Shown here: piece after piece, positions 18,201 to 27,200 of the stretch
Numbering within the stretch: position 1 is the stretch's first letter
How the letters are laid out: every line of letters starts with the position of its first letter
Source of the DNA: an uncultured bacterium
GTDB taxonomy: Bacteria > Auribacterota > JACPWU01
DNA length: 32,000 bases
Direction: 5' to 3'
Assembly: GCA_964640155.1 (NCBI GenBank)
Contig: CAZXEQ010000003.1
Location: forward strand, 314,189-346,188
Program-made: the position numbers and the translations under genes
Notes under the pieces: model-generated
Database searches by the model: none
What the model was told of the DNA's origin: nothing
What the model saw: the letters and a program-made list of their open reading frames with translations, nothing else

Positions 18201-21200
18201 GAAACCAGACCGGGGGCCTTTATAGATGCTGTCCAGGCAGCACAAGTTCCTATTCGTGAAGTTTTTGAGGATGCATTTCTTTCATGTTTTGACATGATGC
18301 TAGGATCAAGCTTACGAAATAAGGGGGCAGATTTTGTTCGTGTTCACCTTCATGAGAATGCATTTGCCGATATGATTTTAATGTCAGCAGAAATGCTTTA
18401 TGAAGCGGGCTGTTATTTGGAAGCCTTAAACTTATTAAATCAGCGCTTAAATCAAATAAAAGAAAAAAAACATCTTATTGAATATCATCAATGTCGAGGA
18501 AAAATTCTTGCTGCTTTGAATCGCGATGATGAAGCTTTAAAAGCGTATGAAGAAGCAGTTAAAATTGATGCGAGTAAATTTGAACATTGGAGAGATTTGA
18601 TAGGAATTTATTATGAGAAGAAAGATCGTTCAAATACTATCCGTTGTATTAAGAGGGCGATGAGTGTAGGTGCGTCTGCTGAGACAAGTTATTGTGTGGA
18701 AGATATATTAAAACGTGTGTTGGGTGGTGAAGATGATTCCAAGCTCTGGTTAGCGGATCTTTTGAGCGATCATTCAATTGCAAGTCCAGTAGAAGGCATT
18801 GTTTTTGGTGGTGAAGGTGAAGAAAGAAATGTTCAATTTACGGCTCTTGAAGCGCAAGTAGAAAAAGTTTTTGGTGCAAAAATAAATTTTGTTTTTTCTG
18901 AAAATGATATTAAAACAAAAAACATCAGTGATGAAATCTTTAATAAGATAAAGACCGCTACAAAAACCAAGAGTCCTTATCTTGAAGAAGTTTTAGGTGA
19001 AGGAATGTTTAATGCAATGGTGCAAGAAGCCATGCGAGCAGATTGCCTAGGAGAAATTTTAAATCTTTTATTTTCTGAAGCAGCTTCAAATATTACTGTT
19101 TCAAAAGGGAAAGGAGTGGCAAAGGCAGGTCGTAGGAATGAAACCCTCAAAGTTGATGGACCCATCATAAATGCAAAATTAATTAACATGGGAGTTCAAG
19201 TGATTCAGAGACTTAAAATTCAAGGCGATACATCTCTTCTAGAGAAAATTGCTAAAGGCCCCTGGGTTGCTGAGACGCCAGAATTTCAGAAAGCACTTAA
19301 AGGTGAAGTTGTTAGAGTTTCTACTGCAGCACTCACACCCGATGCTCAAGGCCCACCTTCTCCAGGAAAAGATCCTGATGCTACCGCAAGCGAAGTTTCT
19401 GGAGATGAAGATGCTGCCATCCTAGCTGCTTTGAAAGAATGTATCCAAGCTTATAGTTCTAATCAGACGCTGTTAGCTTTTCAAAAAGCCCTTGAACTTG
19501 CTCCCCGGTTTAAAAATTTATCAAATAATCCTACGAAAAATCCAAAAGACTTAGAGACCTTTGCAGGAGAAGCAGCAGTGTTGATTGATATTCTGTCTAA
19601 GTATGGAGATATTCGTTTTGATGCCTCTTTGGAGGAAGGATTAAAGGCTGTTTTGGATTGGACTGTGCGTGCAGGTCCTGCTTTTAAAATTCTTCGAGTT
19701 CTTGCGGTACATTATCGTGGAAAACTTTATTTGAAGGCACAACAGTTTGCAAAAAGTCGTGCGTTTTTTGCAACTGCTTTGGCTTTGGATCCATCTGAAG
19801 TAAAGAATGTTTTGCCTGACATTGCTGAGGCGTACTTTCAGGAGATGCGAATGTCTAGTGACGTAAATCAAAGGAGAAAACTTGCCCAAGAAGCAATCCC
19901 TGTTATTGAAAATGATTCTTCATGCAACTCTCTTATTGCTTTGGGTTGGTTTTATGCTGAGGTTGGGAGTTATGACAAAGTTTTTGGTGTCATAAAGAAG
20001 TTGAATGCTCAAAGGGCAGTTTTGGCCAAAGGAGGCAAGGACCAGGAAAAAGTTGATGTCGATTTGATTTTTAGAAGCATGATGGCGCGATGTTTTGAAA
20101 CTTTGCGTGAAAAAGATATTGAAACGCAGGTGAGATTTATTCAAGTTCTCATAAGTAATCAGTTAGAGTCTGCCTTCGCAGAAACTTTAGAAAGAGGTAA
20201 GGAGCAAGGGCCTTTATGGACACAGGCTTTGATTATTGTGTTAAATCAGGAGATGTCTAGTACTGAAAAAGATCGATTAATTCAACTTTTAAAGGGAGCT
20301 GACTTTCGAGGAGCTGAAGAGCAGTGGCTAGAGATTTTGAGGCAAAAAGCAGATTTATCTGATGCTAAGAAAAAAGAAGCTTTTTTTAAATTTGCTATCC
20401 CTGTTTCGGCGCGTTGTTTTTCTCTTGAAGTAAGAGACTTTTTACAAACATTAAAGCCAGGGTTTTCTTCATCAAAAGATACTACGTTGGCTCAAGCCAT
20501 CGATCAGGCTGTTGCATCAATTGAAGGAAATCAGGCTATTGAAACAAAAATCTCTGAAGGAACCAGTTATTTAACCCTCAAAGAATGGCAAGCTTCTTTA
20601 AGAAGAGAATTGCCTTTGGCTGGAGAATGGGATGAATGGATGTTAGAAGTTGAAACTGCTAAATTTCTTGAAGAATTCCCCTGGATGAAGGCAAGAAAAA
20701 TTCGAGATGAACTGGTGAAAGCGCGTCAGTCAAAATTAGATATTGAAGCTGTGCGGTTCAATCTTAAAACTTTAGAAGAAGAGATACAAAGACAGTTTTT
20801 CAAGGATAAAAATTTAAGTCAACTCGAGTCCATTGAGCAGGAAATTCATAAATTGGTTGAGAATGGTCAATGGGATGAGGCTTTTGGCTATATTACTCTA
20901 GCCAGAGAAGGAAATGCAAAAAAGGGATTCCCGGGATATTATCAACTTTGGAGAAATGCATCAGGGGAGGAAAAGGATAAATATCTCAAGAAACTTCAGG
21001 AGATCAGAGATTTTGCAGAACATTGGTTCTTTTTATGGAGATTCGAAAGTGACTTGAAAGAAGCAGCAAAGGGTCAAAAAGGCTCGGCAATCGATATTGC
21101 TTATGAAAGAATGGTAAAGCCGTATATAGATACTCCCTCCAAATTAGCTTTGAAAGCTCCTGTCGATTTAGGAGAGATTGCAACCTGTTTTTATGTTGTA

Positions 21201-24200
21201 GGGGCAAAGCGAAAAGACACTGCTTTGCAGGATAAGGCCAGGGAAATTCTTGAATCCATCAATTTACAAGAAGTTTTAAAGACAGATTCTGTCAATATTC
21301 ATCGAGTAGTTTCGGCGTTTAAAAATATATTGGGGTATGAGAGGGCTAAAGCCGTTCTAGATATGATTGATCTGGCGATCATTAAGAAAGACCAGAGATT
21401 AAGAGGTCTTTATCTTTTGGTGTTTAGTCGTTTAAATGCTGAGGATGCTTTTGTAGTAGAAGCTGATTCTTTTGAACGAGATTTTCCAGATCATGCGCCT
21501 CATTATCTAGGATTAACCTATGAAGCACGTGAAAATCAGGAAAAAAGTCTCGCTTACTATGATCGAGCTTTTCAAGAAGCCCAAATTCATGGTTGGAGTG
21601 AAAAATATCTTAGAGAACACAGCCTCTGGTTGCGACCCGCTGGGATGGCGAGTGTAGAATATAGAATTAGAAGGCTTCGAGGGCTTGTAACTGATAGCGA
21701 ATATCATTGGGTGGAATTGATTGATGTGCTCTCATCAAGTGGTCGCTATTTGGAAAGTATGAGACTTGCAAAAGAAAAAATGAGAAGTGTTTCACCAAAA
21801 AATCAAATAGAGCTTCAATGTCATATTGGAGCTTGCTATGAAAACATGGAACGAAGAGAAGAAGCTTTTACTGCTTATGAAGCTGCGCGACTAAAATCTA
21901 CTGCGAATGTTGAGACATGGGATAGAATCCAAGTTTTTTGTGTGAGCAGTTTTCTTGTAAGACATCCAAAAGCAGGTGAATGGATAAAACATTTTTATAA
22001 TGAAGCTATTAAAACAAGAAATACAGGGATTATAGATTCCTTTAAAAATTATTTTAGAAAACATGGTCATCCCCTCGATGTAAATGCTTCAGGAGATATT
22101 ACGATCAGGTTTTTAGCGCTTGAAAAAATAGTGAAAGAAGCATGTGATTTGGAAATCACTATTCAGATGCCCTTAAATATAGCGTGTTCCTCTGTGGTAG
22201 ATCGAGAAATTGGCAAAATCGTAATCCCTCATTTAAAAGAAAAGTTTCCAAATCTTGTGGGGTTTATAGGAGATGAAATTATTTCTGGTCCTCACTTTGA
22301 TTTGGAGGGTAAATCTCCGGATTTTCTTCTAGGGCTTGAAGAAAAATTATCTAAGAAAGAGACAAATATTGCCGATGCTATTGAAGCAGGGACTTCCATT
22401 ATAAGTTCTGGTTTAGTGAAAGATGTTAAAGCATTGGTGAATTCACTTTGGACAAGGGTTCAGGCAGGAGATGCTCAAGCAAAGATTTGGTTAGGGGCTT
22501 TGGCTCAAGTTGAGGGAGTAACTGGAGATTTTGGGGATATTAGTATTGAACTTGAAGATGGAAATAAAATAATACGATTCAAGAAAATGGAAGAAGATCT
22601 CCAGAGAGATCATGGAGTACATGTTGATTTGGTAGTGAGAGTTTCTGAGTTTAAGGATTATGACCCGAGAGCCGTTTTAGATGAAATTGAAGGAAGAATG
22701 AGTGCGGATATTGAGGCAAGATTAGAAAGCTCTTCAAATGTGACTCGAGCATTATTTGAGAAATGGAAAAGTGCTCTTGTTTCAGGTTCATTAAAAGATG
22801 CTGGGGTTTTAATCAGGCCACTTTGGAAAAGAGTGAAGGCGGCAGATGCTCAAGCCAGACAATGGCTAGCAGATCTCGTGGGGCTTGAACAAGGCAGAGG
22901 AGATTTTGGAGAAATAAGGATTGAGCTAGGCGCTAAAGGGAATGAGCTTTGTTTAAATCAAGTCGGAGCTGACTTGATTGAAGAAAAGCTTTTGAGAGAT
23001 GACTCAAGAGATGAAATGCTTGCAGGGCTTCAAAATGCGTTAACATTTGGACTGGTGTCGAATCCTGCAATTTTAATTAATTCTCTGTGGGCGAAGGTCG
23101 TGAGTGGGAACCCTCAGGCTGCGTTAGCGCTTGGAAGAGTTGTTGAGACTGTTGCGGATGTAGACGGTGAATATGGCACGTTGAGGATTGAGACACGTGA
23201 GGGTGGTGTTAAAGTGTTACATCGTCGGGATTTCGAAGATCAATTTGAACAGGCTTTTGGTGAGAGAATGCCTTTTGTTCTTACTCCTGCCGAATTGAAA
23301 GAATCTGGTTTGAAAGATGTGCGTGCTGAAATAACTGCCTATGTTCAGCGTAAACTTTTAGAAAAAAGTGACGGTGAGACGCGAACAAAAGTACTTTCAG
23401 GCTTAAAAACTTTTTTTGATTTAGGGTTAGTTTCTACAGAAACTTTAATTGAATCTTTTTGGACTGGCGCAGTCAGTGGGGATGCTCAAGCAAGAGAAAG
23501 TTTATGTGATGTGGCTCAAATGGATGGAGTTGTAGGACCATTTGGGAAGTTAAACATTCAAGCAAGAGATGATGGTAGGAAAACTTTTCGATTTATCGAA
23601 ATTGAGGAGAATTTTGAGTCAACTTTTTCATCAAAGAGCAATCTTTCGGTTTCAATAGAAGAATTTAAAAAAACAGGTTTTGATACAGTTGAGGAAAGAA
23701 TAGCGGGATGTGTTTTAGAAATATTCAAAACTGCCGGGCAAAAGGATAAAGATGTTATTGCTGGGATTGATCTTGCGTTAGAAGCGGGGTTGATTAGAAA
23801 TGCTGGTGCAATAATGCGCACTCTTTTAGTAGAAGTTAAAATGGGGAATGATCGAGCTAGAAAATGGTTATGCGATGTGGCAAGACTTGAGCGAGCTAAA
23901 GGAGATTTTGGAGAAATAAGTATCGAATCGGATACCCGAGGAAAAGTTTTACGTTTTAAGGAAATGCAAAGACTTTTTAGAAATGCATTTGAAGAAGGAA
24001 TATCATTTGTTGAACCTATTGATCAATTTGAAAAAGAAGGTTTGGCATTAATACAAAAGAGAATTGTAGGTTTTGTAGAAAAGAAAATGGCTCAAAGTGA
24101 TGAAATGCGAGGGAAAATGCTCAAAGGATTTGAAGCTGCAGTTGCTTCTGGTTTAGTAAGCGATGCGGGAATTTTAGTGAGATCTCTTTATGAAAGAGTG

Positions 24201-27200
24201 CTTAAAGGTGAAAGTGAAGGGAGAGTTTTTCTGACAGAACTTGCGGCTCGTGAAAAAGTTTTAGGTGATTTTGGTGATATTGCAATTGAAAAAGTGGATG
24301 AACAAATTGTGATACGTTTTCGGATGACATTGGGTGAATCTACAGAGTTTACTGCTTCTCCAGAAGAGTTTGGTCAATTGAACTTGCCGAAAGCTAAAGA
24401 AGCCATTACCCAAAGTTTTGAATCAGATTTAATGAACGAAGACAGGGGAGTTCGAGAGGCTGCGATAACTCGTTTTAAACAAACACCCATTTTTTCACTA
24501 TTAGCGGAAAATCTCGTAAGATCTATTTGGGGGAAAGTGCTGCAAGGAAATGCGAGCGCAAGGCGAGCTTTATGCGTTTTAGCAAGAGATGCTGGTGTCA
24601 GAGGAGATTTTGAGGTTATTGAAATTTTAGATTCTCCTGCTTTAGGTGTAAAATTACGATTAAAAGATATGGAGAGTAAATTTAATGAGATTGTTGGAAA
24701 ATCAGTTACTTTTATGATGGATGTTGTTGAGTTTGAAGGAACTGGTTTGTCTCGCATTCAAGCGCAGATTATTTCAGGACTTGAAAGGGGATTGTTATCC
24801 GATGATGAGCCAATTCGAGCAGCAGCTTTTGCTGGATTCAAGAAAGCTTTAGAATTTGGGCTTGTAACCGATGCAAGTATTTTGGCTAAACCTCTGTGGG
24901 AAAAGGCTGCAAAGGGCGATGCTTCGGCAAGAAACGATTTGTGTGATTTCATTGCAGCGGGCCATTTAAAAGGAAACTTTGAAGGGTTTAGTGTTGTAGA
25001 AGATGGGAGAGCAGTAAGGCTAAGTGCAGCAGAAAAAGAATTAGGAGAGGCATTTCAAGGAATTAATCTTACGATTTCAATCGAAGAATTTAGAGCTTCA
25101 GGTTTAGCTGGAATACAATCAAAAATAATTCAGTATGTCATCGAAAAATTGGAAAGTGTTGATGAAGCTGAGCAAGATAAAGGTATTGTTGCGCTTCAAA
25201 AAGCTTTACAGACACATATATTGCCTGATGCACGAGCTATCGTGAGTCAGCTTTGGAAAAAAGTCGAAGCAGAAAATGTGCAGGCCAGAACAGCTTTGGT
25301 CAAACTTCTTTTAAATGTTGAAGGAGATTTTGAAGAAGTTGGGATTGAAACTGTTGGAGAGAAAAAAGTTTTGCACTTGAAGGAAGAGGAGAGAAAGTAT
25401 CAGGAAATATTTGGGGAAAAAATAAATATACTTGTTCCTGTTTCCAGATTTTTAAGTATTGGTTTAGATTCGACTGCTCAATCAATCATCCAATATACTG
25501 AGACGCGTTTATCTGTTGCGGATGAAAATGCTCGTACACGGATATTTGCTAAATTTAAAAATGCTATAGATCAGGGTTTGATTAAGAATGCGAATGATCT
25601 GGTTGGTGCTCTTTTAGATAGAGTCATTAGTGGTAAAGAAGAAGATAAATGGGCTAGAGTTGCTTTAAGCAGATTCTTATCTCTTAATTGGGCTGAAACT
25701 GAGTTTGATGGAATTGTTATTGAAAAGAGATCAAAAGGTAAAGGAAGTGATGAAGAAAAAGTAATTCATTTTTTAAGGATTGAAAATGAATCAAAGAAAA
25801 ATTTTTCTTTAGGTAAAAAGGATATTCTTTCCATTACTTTAGTGGAGCTAGAAACACAAGGGAGTGAAGGAATTCTTAATAAAATAATGGGTTTTATTAA
25901 GAGTGAACGAAAATATCTTCTTGAGATTTTAGATGAAGTAAAGTTAAGAGAATTATTGCGTGAAGGATTAGAAAATAGAGATATGGAAGATCTGGTTGTA
26001 GACTTATCTTATTTTGCAGCAAAGAAATTAAGAGAAACAAGGATTACATATCTTCCTTTAAATTCTATTCGTGAATTATTGAAGGATCAAAAATGCGAGA
26101 GAAAAGATCTTACACAAGTTTTAGAAATGTTGCAGTCTTTGAGGCGCTTGGCTGGCGGAGGAAGTGTAAGTTTTAAAAAAGTAGAGGAAGAAACGCAAGA
26201 TGTATTAGTTATTACTCTTCCTGCTTCAGTTCCAAGAGAAACAATGAAGCAATATTTAGACAGAGAAGATGTAAAGGGCCGTTTAGATCCTGTCATCTTA
26301 GGTTATGCAAATGAATGTGAATCTAAGAAGGCGCCTATTTATAGAGTTATTTTAAGTGATGGTTCTCTAGTAGATAGTGGGATTGTGGATCGTGGAACTT
26401 TAAAAAGTAAACAGATTTTAAAACGACTTCCTCAGAGAGGATATGCAAGTTTGGAGAAAATAGAAGGAGAGAAGGGAGGTGTATTAGTATTTAATCTTTC
26501 AGATCTGATTTCAAAAGAAACTATAAAGCAATATTTTGAAGAACAAAGGGTAAAAAGTTATTTAAAATTTATTATTGAGAGATATGTGGATGAATATGGG
26601 TTTGAGAAAGCGCCTTCTTATCAAGTCCTTTTAAGTGATGGTTCTCAAATAGATGATGAGGGTGTTAAAGAAGAAATAGAAGTTATCATTAAAGCTATTA
26701 TTAATGAAAGAAAAAGGATGGCTGAGGAAGCTGCGGCTTCTAAAAATGGTGAAACAGCAATTGATGGTAATGGATTGAATGGTGGCGCTGGAACCAATGG
26801 TGCTAATGGCGCAAATGATGGTATTACTCATGTAGAAGCGGGGAGTGTTGGTGTAGAAGTGGTTATTGGAACTGAGACTGGAGCATCTGAAACAGAAACG
26901 GGTGATGGACGAGGATTTTCTAGTTTACAAAAAGAAATCTATAATAGACCTGTAAGAGAAGGGTTAAAGAGTGGGGGGTGGGTCGGAGCAACTTTTGATA
27001 GAGAGAAAGTCACGACTGTATCTCGGATTGCCAATGATTCTGGAGGGGAAGACTTTAATTCTACTCAAACTTTAAATGCTAATGATCAGAAAACGTTAAC
27101 TCAAGTTATTGAATCTTTATCTGAAGAAGACAGGGCTCATCTTCAAGGATTAGAAGAGTTAGGGGGCAAAGTCACGGTTGTTTTTATTGATGGGCTGGAT

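Noticed and set aside
22426-25940. DNA-level tandem repeat, or assembly collapse or expansion, in the 120-aa module array
   Set aside because: The copies are recognisable only at the protein level and have unequal lengths of 88-125 aa. I saw no long identical nucleotide runs between copies, so this is not a VNTR-type or artefactual repeat.
26740-26830. RTX-like glycine repeats (GGAGTNGANGANDG) as a type I secretion or calcium-binding signal
   Set aside because: At most one or two imperfect GGxGxD-like nonapeptides are present, with no regular 9-aa periodicity. The protein also has an N-terminal signal peptide. I treat the segment as a low-complexity linker.
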